DNA of 64,000 bases from Candidatus Omnitrophota bacterium (GTDB lineage: Bacteria > Omnitrophota > Gorgyraeia > Gygaellales > Profunditerraquicolaceae), in contig JAKLGJ010000004.1 of NCBI GenBank assembly GCA_022710715.1, forward strand, positions 256,166 through 320,165. The letters are read 5' to 3'. Made by a program: the position numbers and the translations under genes. Shown in pieces: positions 27,935 through 37,561 of the stretch. Each line of letters opens with the position of its first letter. Positions within the stretch are counted from its first letter, which is position 1. The notes under the pieces are model-generated. The model was not told the origin of the DNA, ran no database searches, and saw nothing but the letters and a program-made list of their open reading frames with translations.

Positions 27935-29086
27935 ATGTCAATGCTTATAAGAAAACGCCAGCTTGCGGCGAAGATTGAGGCTGTTGAGGGTACTGCGGAA
28001 ACCCTCTTGGCGGCGGACGCAGGCATTCTGGTCAACTTCTCGCCCAAGGCGAGTTACGATCCGCAGATGTACCAGCGGGACCCGGTGCGGGCATCGCTCA
28101 CGAAGATGGGCAAGCTCGCCGGTAAACGATCGGCGGGGATTGATTTCAGTATTGAGCTTAAAGGCTCGGGTTTAGTAACCGTTGAGCCGGAATGGTTGCG
28201 GCTGATTAAATCCTGCGGGTTCGCTTCAAACGCATTAAAGAAGATATCAATCGGGGCGATTACTTCAGGGCCTTATCTTCACGGCGAAACTATAACCGGA
28301 GAAACCTCAGGGGCGACCGGCAGGGTGGTTATAAAGACGGCTAACGGAACGACCACGCTTTACTTTGTCGCTTTAAGCGGAACGTTTGAGACAGGTGAGG
28401 TTATAACCGGCGGGACGTCAGGGGCTACCGCCACGGCATCAGTGGATCCGGTGAGCGCTGGGTTTGAGATTAAGCCGATCAGCGGTTCAGTGGTCTCGTT
28501 GACCATGGGTTTGTTTGAGGACGGTATCAGAAAAGTCCTTAAAGGATGCCGGGGTACGGTAAAGTTTAATTTCAAGATCGGCGAACCGGCGACGCTGGAT
28601 TTTAGTTTCAAAGGAGTAGAGGCGGGAGTGACGGACGTACCGATGTTTACGGGTGTTAGCTTTGACAATACCGTGCCGCCGGTGCTTTTAAACGCCGTTA
28701 TGGCTTGTGACGGCGTGTCGCTTAATATCGGCGAGATGGAGATCAATGTTTCTAATACGCTCGCCTCAAAAGACAAAATTGATGACGCTAAGGGAATACT
28801 TTCTTTCATGATTACCGGCCGTGATATGCAGGGGTCGTTTAATCCCGAGATGGTTCCGGTGGCGACGCATGACTTCTTCTCAAAGTGGTTCAGTAACACG
28901 CCGATGGTGATTGATTTGGCGTACGGCGAAACAGAAGGCAATAAATTCAGGTTTTACGCACCGGGGATTATTTATAACAAAATCGATGATGGCGACCGTG
29001 ATGGGCTTCAGTTGGCGCAGACATCATTTGATTTGACCGGTTCGATGGAACCCGGGGACGATGAGTTAGCGATATTACTTTTATAA
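27935..29086 (+). CDS. major tail tube protein (putative, with internal Gly/Thr repeats)
   Basis: 383 aa directly upstream of the G/GT chaperones and tape measure; repeats GETITGETSGATGRV / GEVITGGTSGATATA. Confidence 0.5.
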   Translation: MSMLIRKRQLAAKIEAVEGTAETLLAADAGILVNFSPKASYDPQMYQRDPVRASLTKMGKLAGKRSAGIDFSIELKGSGLVTVEPEWLRLIKSCGFASNALKKISIGAITSGPYLHGETITGETSGATGRVVIKTANGTTTLYFVALSGTFETGEVITGGTSGATATASVDPVSAGFEIKPISGSVVSLTMGLFEDGIRKVLKGCRGTVKFNFKIGEPATLDFSFKGVEAGVTDVPMFTGVSFDNTVPPVLLNAVMACDGVSLNIGEMEINVSNTLASKDKIDDAKGILSFMITGRDMQGSFNPEMVPVATHDFFSKWFSNTPMVIDLAYGETEGNKFRFYAPGIIYNKIDDGDRDGLQLAQTSFDLTGSMEPGDDELAILLL

Positions 29087-29101
29087 AACAGGAGGTATCC
29101 C

Positions 29102-29527
29102 ATGTTAACAGGCATTGATATTAACGCTACACGAGAGCATGTGTCAAAACTCGATCCGGATAAAAACAGCCCGACGGTATTTCATATCGGGTTGTTGGAT
29201 CCGTCATTGAGGGCGGAGGTCGATGACGAAAGCAGTACCTATGAGATGAGCTCAACGAATCCCAACGATAAAGCCAAGGTGCGGCTTAACTGGAATAAGA
29301 GGCAGATTACGGCGATTAAGTTTGGACTTAAAGGCATGGACAATTTTATGGATCCGCAGACCAATAAGCCGGTGGAGCTTAAATTCGACACAATTCATTA
29401 CGCAGGCAAGATGAGGAATGTTGTGCCGGATAGGATTATCGCCATGTTTCCGAACGAATTGCGGCAGGAGCTTGCGGAAGTGATTCTGAACGAATCCAAA
29501 CTTACGGAGGGCGAACAAAAAAACTGA
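29102..29527 (+). CDS. tail assembly chaperone G
   Basis: 141 aa upstream of the tape measure; ends at an A7 slippery tract. Confidence 0.6.
   Translation: MLTGIDINATREHVSKLDPDKNSPTVFHIGLLDPSLRAEVDDESSTYEMSSTNPNDKAKVRLNWNKRQITAIKFGLKGMDNFMDPQTNKPVELKFDTIHYAGKMRNVVPDRIIAMFPNELRQELAEVILNESKLTEGEQKN
29518..29524 (+). promoter_or_regulatory. programmed -1 ribosomal frameshift site (A AAA AAC) generating the G-T fusion
   Basis: Heptamer AAAAAAC 1 nt before the G stop (TGA 29525-29527); the downstream ORF 29530-29853 is in the -1 frame and lacks its own SD or ATG. Confidence 0.6.
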
Positions 29528-29529
29528 TC

Positions 29530-29853
29530 GTGGCGGTTCATCTGGGCGACCTCACCATGAACTGCCGCAGTTGTTTAAGCGGGAGAAAGATTCAATGCGA
29601 GTATGAAATGCCCGGGCAGGAAGTCTGGGAATTATACGGCGAGCAGTATAGAGGGTGCCCTTTCAAAATCGTCACGAGACAGTCGGCGAATTTTTTAAGG
29701 GCATTTCAGTTTTATAAGCAGGGGTATCTTCCCAACGGCGGGAATTGGATTGATCAGTCGGCGAAGATGCTGGATGCGTTTGAGGTCATAGAGAAAGAAT
29801 TACAAGCGATAGACTTGGAACGAGAAAAAAGAAGGAACCAATTTAAGCGATGA
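29530..29853 (+). CDS. tail assembly chaperone T portion (expressed as G-T fusion via -1 frameshift)
   Basis: -1 frame relative to G, contiguous open frame across the slip site; CxxC ... C motifs. Confidence 0.55.
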   Translation: MAVHLGDLTMNCRSCLSGRKIQCEYEMPGQEVWELYGEQYRGCPFKIVTRQSANFLRAFQFYKQGYLPNGGNWIDQSAKMLDAFEVIEKELQAIDLEREKRRNQFKR

Positions 29854-31625
29854 CGAATAAAGAGCTGTCAATCATATTGCGTCTGCGTGACGAGGCGACG
29901 AAACGCCTTGAGGGCGTGCGTGGCAGTCTGCAGAGATTCGCTAATTCATGGAAGCAGAATTGGCTCGCCATAACCGCCGCTATCACGGCGAGTATTTTGG
30001 CGCTTCGCCAAGCGTGGGATCTTATGGAAATGGGGGCGAAAGCTCAGCAGATCGATGAGAGTTTCAAACGCATGGCCGAGAGTGTCGGCATCAATTCCCG
30101 GGAAATGAAAAAGGCTTTGATGGAAGCGTCGCAGGAAACGGTTAATTTCTCAAACGTGGCGGATAAGGTTTCCGCTCTCATGGCGCAGGGTTTGAATATG
30201 GATCAGGTCACGGCGCTCATGCGGCAGGCTCGGGTGGAAGCACGGATATTCGGGACGACTACGGAAGAAGCTTTCCAGAGCATGTCAAGCGCAGTCACTG
30301 GCGGGCTGGTTACGACTTTGCGCAGGTCATATGGTCTGCAGTTGTCGCTTAAAGACGCTGTGGAGTCTTACGCTCGTGCAACGGGAAAGACAACCGAGCA
30401 AGTCGAGAAGTACCACATGGCGCAGGCGATCGCCAATCACATCTTGGAGAGAAGCAAATCGCATCTTGCGGCGGTCAACCTTGAGATGATGACCAGCTAC
30501 GAAAAAGTGCAGGTGCTTAAATCCAAATGGAATGATTTCATGGAATCAGCCGGACAGATGTTATGGCAGGTACTGGGTTTTCTGCAGGGGTTCGCCAATC
30601 ATTTGGTCGCCGGTATTTTTACGATTCTTGAATACGGATCCGGTGCGGTGAAGGCGTTCATTCAGGGGATTATCAATGCTCTCAATGGGCTTTTAAGTTT
30701 TGGGACAGATTTTTTTCAGTCGCTCATGGTGCCGCTGATTAAGTTTTACGATCTTTTAGGAAAACTTCCCGGCAGTGTCGGCGAGACATACCGTCAGGCG
30801 GCGGCTGAGGTTGAGCGGTTCTCACAGTCATTAGATACAAAAACGATTCAGTTTAATGTCGATGGCCTTACTCAGGGTCTTGAGGAAGCTCGGCAGGCGT
30901 TTAATCTTGCGGCTGAGGAAAGCGCACGAGAAGCCATGACGCAGTACGACCTTGTGTTCGCCAAGGTTAAAGATACGGGAGATAAGACTGGGGAGATATT
31001 GAAAAACGTGGCGAAAGAGGTCGGCAAGAGCGCAGAGGAAGCGGGCAGGCAGTTTAACGTGATGGAGGAGTTCGCTAAGCAGTCAGCGCATAACATGCAG
31101 AACGCTTTTTCGCAGTTTTTCTTCAAGGCGTTTACCGGCGAGCTTCGCAGTGTCAAAGAAGTGTTCGCAGATTTTGGCAGGGCGGTTTTACAGATGATCT
31201 CAAACATCTTGGCGAAGCTGTTACTCATGAAGATATTTACAGCGATGGCCGGAGCTGGCGGCACGATATTCGGCGTGCCTGTGGCGAGCTTGTTTCATCA
31301 GGGCGGTTCGATTGAGAAGCGCAACCGGGCGTTTATCCGTGCGCATTCGGGGCTCGCTCCCGATGAGGTGCCGATTATAGCGCAGACCGGTGAGGGCGTT
31401 CTTTCACGCAGGGGCATGCAAGGGGTGGGCGGATCGGATAATCTTCGGGCGCTCAATAACGGCGAGTCTATTCGGGGTGAGGGGATAACGATTAACGTCA
31501 ATCAGGTTATTCAGGCGTGGGACGCTCAGGATGTGTGGCGTAACCGCAAGATGTTATCCAACGCTATCGCTGACGACATTTATAACAACGGCAAGATTCG
31601 GTCGATTATCAGGAGTTACGCATGA
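29850..31625 (+). CDS. tail tape measure protein
   Basis: 591 aa, highly alpha-helical, Ala/Gln-rich; position between G/GT and gpM. Confidence 0.8.
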   Translation: MTNKELSIILRLRDEATKRLEGVRGSLQRFANSWKQNWLAITAAITASILALRQAWDLMEMGAKAQQIDESFKRMAESVGINSREMKKALMEASQETVNFSNVADKVSALMAQGLNMDQVTALMRQARVEARIFGTTTEEAFQSMSSAVTGGLVTTLRRSYGLQLSLKDAVESYARATGKTTEQVEKYHMAQAIANHILERSKSHLAAVNLEMMTSYEKVQVLKSKWNDFMESAGQMLWQVLGFLQGFANHLVAGIFTILEYGSGAVKAFIQGIINALNGLLSFGTDFFQSLMVPLIKFYDLLGKLPGSVGETYRQAAAEVERFSQSLDTKTIQFNVDGLTQGLEEARQAFNLAAEESAREAMTQYDLVFAKVKDTGDKTGEILKNVAKEVGKSAEEAGRQFNVMEEFAKQSAHNMQNAFSQFFFKAFTGELRSVKEVFADFGRAVLQMISNILAKLLLMKIFTAMAGAGGTIFGVPVASLFHQGGSIEKRNRAFIRAHSGLAPDEVPIIAQTGEGVLSRRGMQGVGGSDNLRALNNGESIRGEGITINVNQVIQAWDAQDVWRNRKMLSNAIADDIYNNGKIRSIIRSYA

Positions 31626-31960
31626 GCGATTTTTCGTATTCCCCGGATTTTGTTTTTGAGGAAACGTTGGAATATAAAACGCTTATCTCGGAGTTTGAGA
31701 ACGGAGCGGAACAGCGCAGGCGCAAATGGGCGGCACCTTTGCATAAGTGGCGTTTAAGATTCAATAACCGGGTAAAAGCCGACATGCAAATGGTGCGGGA
31801 TTTCTTCAAAAGTAAATACGGGGCGTTCATGGCGTTTACATGGACGAACCCGAATGATTCGGTTGAGTATTCGGTGCGCTTTGTTGAGGACAGTTTTAAA
31901 TTCACCATGAAAGCGCACGAGGTTTATGACTTTGAGTTTGATGTGATAGAGGTGAAGTAA
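31622..31960 (+). CDS. minor tail protein, gpM-like
   Basis: 112 aa (lambda gpM is 109); synteny. Confidence 0.55.
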   Translation: MSDFSYSPDFVFEETLEYKTLISEFENGAEQRRRKWAAPLHKWRLRFNNRVKADMQMVRDFFKSKYGAFMAFTWTNPNDSVEYSVRFVEDSFKFTMKAHEVYDFEFDVIEVK

Positions 31961-32571
31961 TGCCTAGAGACGTTGATATTACATTTAAGCAGGAAAAAGC
32001 GAAGCAGGAAAACGCTCCGTTATTTCTTTACACGCTTGAGGCGTATGACGGAGTCAATGACCTGCATCTGGCCGGATTCGATCAGGATATTACCTATGAC
32101 GGCGTTCTTTACTCGAAGTTTCCGATAACGCACGAGTTTGTATCCGAGAACAATCAGGGGCAGATTGATCAGGTGAAGGTGCGGCTGGGCAACGTGTCGA
32201 GGCTTATTGAGCTTTACCTTGAGCAGTATGACTTTCGGGGCAAGAAAGTTGTTATCCGCATGGTCTGGGCTGATCAGTTGGCGGATTCGGACGCTCATAT
32301 GGACGACGTATTTTATATCGACAACTACTCAGCTGATCAGAAGAACGTGGAGTTTACTTTAACCGGCAAGTTTGACGTGCTGGGCGTGGATTTACCCGCA
32401 CGCAGGTACGCACGTAACTATTGCGCTTGGAAGTTTAAGTCAGCGGAGTGCGGGTATGTGGGAGGAGAGACCGCATGCAACAAAACGAAACAGCGGTGCA
32501 AGCAATTGGAGAATTACCTGCGGTACGGGGCGTTTCCGTCAGTGCCGTCAAGGCGGATGTACGTAATGTAG
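31960..32571 (+). CDS. minor tail protein L, gpL-like (C-terminal Cys cluster)
   Basis: 203 aa; C-terminal C..C..C..C (YCAWKFKSAECGYVGGETACNKTKQRC) as in lambda gpL. Confidence 0.65.
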   Translation: MPRDVDITFKQEKAKQENAPLFLYTLEAYDGVNDLHLAGFDQDITYDGVLYSKFPITHEFVSENNQGQIDQVKVRLGNVSRLIELYLEQYDFRGKKVVIRMVWADQLADSDAHMDDVFYIDNYSADQKNVEFTLTGKFDVLGVDLPARRYARNYCAWKFKSAECGYVGGETACNKTKQRCKQLENYLRYGAFPSVPSRRMYVM

Positions 32572-32579
32572 AGAAGCGC

Positions 32580-32966
32580 ATGATCGAGAAGTATCTCGGC
32601 ATTCCGTACCGGCACAGAGGCAGAACAATGGACGGTCTTGATTGCTGGGGGTTTCTTAAGCTGGCGTATGCGGATTTGGGAGTTTGTCTTTTTGATATCG
32701 AGGACTTGGAATACGGCAAGGTTTGGGGACTGAAAGGCAAAGATTATTTCAAGGATAATTGCGCCCATGATTGGGTTAAGGTTGCCGATCCGCAGGTGCT
32801 GGACGGTATCTTGTTTTTGAATTCAAGGGGTGTAGCGAATCATGCGGGAATCGTTTTAGGCAATAGGCGGTTTATTCATTGTTGCCGTCAGGGTGTCGTG
32901 GTATCCCGGCTTGATGATGCCTCGTGGGTTAAAAAAGTAGAAGGATTTTACAGGTTAAAAGCATGA
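32580..32966 (+). CDS. tail assembly NlpC/P60 peptidase, gpK-like
   Basis: Catalytic Cys in GLDCWGFLKLAY and His in NHAGIVL; likely start MIEKYLG at about 32580; the ORF-track extension to 32448 overlaps gpL. Confidence 0.7.
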   Translation: MIEKYLGIPYRHRGRTMDGLDCWGFLKLAYADLGVCLFDIEDLEYGKVWGLKGKDYFKDNCAHDWVKVADPQVLDGILFLNSRGVANHAGIVLGNRRFIHCCRQGVVVSRLDDASWVKKVEGFYRLKA

Positions 32967-35900
32967 TCATAATTCGTAACATAGCCAATCCGTTTAAGAC
33001 CGAGGACGCAGAAGTCCGGACGATTAAGTATTCCCGGAGCAAGTGCGTACGGGATTATCTTGAAGTGGCGGGTTTTGATTATCAAGACAAGCGGGTGATT
33101 GTTACTGGCAAACGCATTGATGATTTGTCCGTGCGGCTTGATGATGGCGACGAGATTACCGTTATTCCGGAGGTAAAGGCTCCGATTATCGCTGTCGTGT
33201 CGTGGATTATTTCCGCTGTCTGGGCGGTGGCCGTGGCGCATCCGTTCTTGTTTGCGTTCTTTGTGCTGTCGATGGGGTATTCCATTTATCAGTACATGAA
33301 CCAGCCGAGGATGCCGGATTTTAATTTGGGGTCGGCGAACGGTCTGGACGAAGGATCGCCAACATACGGCTGGGACGGCATTCGGACTATTCAAGAGGTC
33401 GGTGTTCCAGTCGCCGTGGTTTACGGAAGGCACCGGGTCGGCGGCAATATCATCAATCAGTTTTTGTGGGAGGACGGGGATAAGCATTATCTTAATGTTT
33501 TGCTCGCCCTTTGTGAGGGAGAGATTGAGTCAGCAGAGGATATCGAGTTAAACGATAATCCGATAGCTAACTTTGACGGAGTTTCGGTTATTAAGCGGTT
33601 TGGCACGAATTACCAGAGCATGATCGAAAACTTTGAGGATCTGCACAATATTTACTCGATCGGCGCAAATCTCACGCAAAACAATCCTTCTATCTACACC
33701 ATGATTGATTCTGATGTCGAGGCGTTTGAGATTCATCTGCGGCTCAACAACGGATTGTATCAGCAGAGTTCAAGTTCGGGAGATATTCAGAGTTGGAGCG
33801 TGACTTACCGGGTTGAGTATAAACTCCATACCGACAGTGTTTATATCGATCTGGGAGAGACGACAATTTCAGGGCAGTCACGCACGAGCGTGCGCAGGGT
33901 GTTCAGAAAAGACGGGCTCGCACCCGGGCAATACGACATTCGTGTCACCCGCACCAGCGAGGACGGTTCGCTTCAGCCGTTAAAGCAGGGCGACCTCACG
34001 TTGTTTCAAATCGACGAGATTAAAACGGATGATTTGTGTTATCCCAACACCGCTTTGCTTGGGTTCAAGTTGTTGGCGACTGACCAATTGAGTGGATCCA
34101 TGCCGAACATAACGGCGATCGTGGAGGGCAAAAAGGTTTCTATCCCGGATGTGCGTAACGCAGGCAATTCGGTTGACTGGGAAGATTATTACTGGGACGG
34201 AAGTAATTACCGGCTTTTTTCCGATGACACAATTCTTTCGTGGGACGGCTCAACTTATGTCTTGAAGTATTCGGCGAATCCGGTGTGGTGCCTGCGTGAT
34301 TTGGTCACGAATAAAAGATACGGCTTGGGCGAATTTATTTTAACCGACAATTTAGATAACGCTTCGCTTCTTGAGATGTCGCAGTATTGCGAGGAGCGGG
34401 TTCCTGATGGAGAGGGCGGGTATGAGAAGCGGTTTCGGATGGATGTGGTAATTGACAGCAACAATAAAGCGCTCGATGTTTTGATTCAGCTGTGCGCCAC
34501 GTTTAATGCCATGCCGGTGTATAGCGCCGGGGGGTTGACGTTTAAGATTGATAAGCCCACTATGCCCACTCAATTATTCGGCATGGGCAATATCGTCAAA
34601 GACTCATTCGCACAGAGCTGGAAAACCATGAAAGAAGTGCCGAACGTGATCGAGATTCAGTTTACCGATAAAGAGAAAAACTATCGGCAGGAGACAATCG
34701 CTTACATCGATGAAAAATCGCTGGCTTTAGGCGAGCCGATGCGTAAGAGCCAGCTTCGCTTATTTACCACCGGTGCGAGTTACGCCATACGAGCGGCACG
34801 CTACGCATTGAAAGTCGCACGCTACATTAACCGCTCAATTGTGTTTAGGGCGGGGATTGACGCTGTGGCGTGTCAGGCGGGGGATATTATTTCGATATCA
34901 CACGACGTTCCTCAGTGGGGTTTCTCAGGTAGAGTGCAGGCGGAAAGTTCAGCCACGCTTATTAAGTTAGACCGCTCGATGGTTATTGAGGACGGCAAGT
35001 CTTATAAGATTCAGGTTCGGTTTATTGATGACATTATTGAGGAACGGTTTATCACCTCGCCAGTGGGGACGCATACAGAGATTATGTGCGAGGCGTTCTC
35101 GGCTGATCCGCAGGCATTTGATGTTTACGCTATTGGCGAGACCAATAAGGTAAAGAAAGATTTTCGGGTGGTGTCGGTTCAGCGGGAAGGCAAACACGAG
35201 GTGCAGATATCGGCGCTTGAGTATAACGAGGCGGTGTATGACGATTCCGACATTATCTTGCCGCAGAATAATTACTCATCGTTATCAAGTGAAATTCCAG
35301 CGGTCAATAACTTGAGTTTGACGGAATCGCTGGTTAAGAAAACAGACGGTACGATTGAGAACGCAATTGATGTGTGGTTTGACCGTCCGGCGTATGTGGA
35401 TCATTACGTCAAGTCCTACGCCAAGGCGAAGATTTACATAAGCGATGATAACGGGCAGAGCTGGCGAGCAAGAGGCGAGACTACCGGCACGCAGTTTCGC
35501 ATCATCGGTGATATTGTTGACGGTCATACCTACAAGGTCAAGGTTACGTCGGTTGATTCCATGAATGAGGAGAGTTCGCTGGCCATGGCTCCGGAGAGTG
35601 AAATCACGGTTGTGGGTAAGTCAGCGCCGCCATCGGATGTCTCGTCGTTTTTGGTTAACCGAAACAGGGATTTGCTTTATTTCGGCTGGACACCGATTAC
35701 GGATGTGGATGCGTGGGGGTATGAGATCAGGCGTGGTCTTAATTGGGACAGCGGCGAGTTTATCACGCTTCAGCAGGGCTCGCATTATCTGACTAAGGAA
35801 GTCAAGCAGGGTGTTGGGCAGAGTTATTGGATTAAAGCGATAGACACGTCAGGCAATTATTCCATGAACGCAAAAGAGTCGGTTGTGACGATTACCGAGA

Positions 35901-36583
35901 TTCCGTTCAGGAATATGGTCGCCGAGTATCAAGAACAACCTTTGTGGGAAGGCGCAAAAGTTAACGTTGAAAAGAATGCCGATTCGATTGTGATTACGGA
36001 CGGCGTTATGTCGGGGACGTATACCACGCCGGTCAGGGATTTCGGGTATGTGGCGAGCGTTTATATCGGCATAGACGTTGTTGTCGCCACTTCATTGGGT
36101 CGCAGGTTTAACAGCGACGGAGTAACGAAATTTAACGACAGCCTAACGTACCGGTTTACCGGACAGGAAACTTTGAGGGCGACGAGGTTTCGGATACGGA
36201 CATCGGAAGATAACGTTACATGGCGGGATTGGGAAACCTATCAGCCCGGGGATTATTACTGTCGGTACTTTCAGATCGAGTTGACGCTATCTCGGGAGAA
36301 CTTGGGCGATGAGATCACTTGCTCAACGTTTCAGTATTTCGGCGATTTGCCGGACGTTGATGACAGCGGCAATGACACGGTTGTTTCAGCTGTTGATGGC
36401 AAGGAAGTGTTTTTCGTTAAAACGTATCATGAGGAGCCGAGCGTCCACATAGAGATAAGAAGCGGTAACGGGATTTACTCGAAGTTCGTGGATAAAAGTA
36501 CAACAGGTTTCAAGGTTAAGTTATACGACGCACAAGGCGTGGCGCAGGCAGGCTTGTTTGATTGGCACAGCCACGGGATTTAG
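32963..36583 (+). CDS. host specificity / central tail fibre protein J
   Basis: 1206 aa; follows gpK as in lambda; fibronectin-III-like segments. Confidence 0.85.
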   Translation: MIIIRNIANPFKTEDAEVRTIKYSRSKCVRDYLEVAGFDYQDKRVIVTGKRIDDLSVRLDDGDEITVIPEVKAPIIAVVSWIISAVWAVAVAHPFLFAFFVLSMGYSIYQYMNQPRMPDFNLGSANGLDEGSPTYGWDGIRTIQEVGVPVAVVYGRHRVGGNIINQFLWEDGDKHYLNVLLALCEGEIESAEDIELNDNPIANFDGVSVIKRFGTNYQSMIENFEDLHNIYSIGANLTQNNPSIYTMIDSDVEAFEIHLRLNNGLYQQSSSSGDIQSWSVTYRVEYKLHTDSVYIDLGETTISGQSRTSVRRVFRKDGLAPGQYDIRVTRTSEDGSLQPLKQGDLTLFQIDEIKTDDLCYPNTALLGFKLLATDQLSGSMPNITAIVEGKKVSIPDVRNAGNSVDWEDYYWDGSNYRLFSDDTILSWDGSTYVLKYSANPVWCLRDLVTNKRYGLGEFILTDNLDNASLLEMSQYCEERVPDGEGGYEKRFRMDVVIDSNNKALDVLIQLCATFNAMPVYSAGGLTFKIDKPTMPTQLFGMGNIVKDSFAQSWKTMKEVPNVIEIQFTDKEKNYRQETIAYIDEKSLALGEPMRKSQLRLFTTGASYAIRAARYALKVARYINRSIVFRAGIDAVACQAGDIISISHDVPQWGFSGRVQAESSATLIKLDRSMVIEDGKSYKIQVRFIDDIIEERFITSPVGTHTEIMCEAFSADPQAFDVYAIGETNKVKKDFRVVSVQREGKHEVQISALEYNEAVYDDSDIILPQNNYSSLSSEIPAVNNLSLTESLVKKTDGTIENAIDVWFDRPAYVDHYVKSYAKAKIYISDDNGQSWRARGETTGTQFRIIGDIVDGHTYKVKVTSVDSMNEESSLAMAPESEITVVGKSAPPSDVSSFLVNRNRDLLYFGWTPITDVDAWGYEIRRGLNWDSGEFITLQQGSHYLTKEVKQGVGQSYWIKAIDTSGNYSMNAKESVVTITEIPFRNMVAEYQEQPLWEGAKVNVEKNADSIVITDGVMSGTYTTPVRDFGYVASVYIGIDVVVATSLGRRFNSDGVTKFNDSLTYRFTGQETLRATRFRIRTSEDNVTWRDWETYQPGDYYCRYFQIELTLSRENLGDEITCSTFQYFGDLPDVDDSGNDTVVSAVDGKEVFFVKTYHEEPSVHIEIRSGNGIYSKFVDKSTTGFKVKLYDAQGVAQAGLFDWHSHGI

Positions 36584-36594
36584 GAGGAGATTAA

Positions 36595-36813
36595 ATGGCG
36601 AAGAAGTTGATTCCATGCAAAGTGGTTATTGAGTTTGAGAATGGGGAGTTTTTTAACGGTGTCATTTTATATAAAGTTAACGATGGCGGCGAGATCAGCC
36701 GGTTCAAGAGTATCGGGATTAAGGATGTGGATTTTAGTAAACCAACCTTGAACGGGTTGTTGAAAAAATTCATCAAGCACGCCAGCCAGTCGGAAGGAGC
36801 CCAAGATGGATAA
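36595..36813 (+). CDS. hypothetical phage protein
   Basis: 72 aa. Confidence 0.3.
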   Translation: MAKKLIPCKVVIEFENGEFFNGVILYKVNDGGEISRFKSIGIKDVDFSKPTLNGLLKKFIKHASQSEGAQDG

Positions 36814-37081
36814 ATTGATTTGTTGCAAATGCAAGAAGGAGATCGCCGATGATATGGCGTATGTGTCGGTCAGGGGAGATATTATCCTGCGTATGCCAAA
36901 AAGAAAACCTATTGTTTTTACCTGTTCTGAACAGGCGATGAATTACGCACAGCAGATGGCCGTGCATGATGTTTGCTGGATTCAAATGCTACGAGAGCAA
37001 GGGGTTGAGCTTTACGATCTCAATGAGGTCGCTGAGTCGTATCAAAAGAGGGAGGTAGGCGATGGCTTGGGACAAGACTAA
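36806..37081 (+). CDS. hypothetical phage protein with CxxC pair
   Basis: 91 aa; CCKCKK...C. Confidence 0.3.
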   Translation: MDKLICCKCKKEIADDMAYVSVRGDIILRMPKRKPIVFTCSEQAMNYAQQMAVHDVCWIQMLREQGVELYDLNEVAESYQKREVGDGLGQD

Positions 37082-37553
37082 ACCAGAAAACGACATGCTT
37101 TTGATTAACTTCCCGCCAGCCTGCAGGGCTAATTGGGAGGCGCTGGAATTGTTAACGGATCCATTGTTGCAAATAACTAATGAGAAGGTTGCCCCGGGAG
37201 CGGGTATTGAGGACACGAAACTTGCGCAGATAACCTCGCTCAATAAGGTGCATGGTTCGGCGATTACGGGTTTGGCGAGTGTTCCTTCAGCGGCAGGGGT
37301 TTTACCAACAGAAAATTCGCCCAACAAGTTGAAGGCGGATGTCAGCGATACTACGCCGGAGTATTTGGACGGTCTGATTGATACGGCGGTGTTTCAGGTT
37401 TCAGCGAGCGATCAGTTGCAGATAAAAGATGGCGGAGTGTCGACAGTGAAACTTGAGAACGGCGCCGCCTCACCCGGGAATAACAAGTATTACGGAACGA
37501 ACGCATCAGGCACAAAAGGATTTTTTGATAAGACGGCGGTTTACGCCTCGTAA
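37062..37553 (+). CDS. tail fibre protein (putative)
   Basis: 163 aa Gly/Ala/Thr-rich, downstream of gpJ where side-fibre genes sit. Confidence 0.45.
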   Translation: MAWDKTKPENDMLLINFPPACRANWEALELLTDPLLQITNEKVAPGAGIEDTKLAQITSLNKVHGSAITGLASVPSAAGVLPTENSPNKLKADVSDTTPEYLDGLIDTAVFQVSASDQLQIKDGGVSTVKLENGAASPGNNKYYGTNASGTKGFFDKTAVYAS

Positions 37554-37561
37554 GGAGAACT

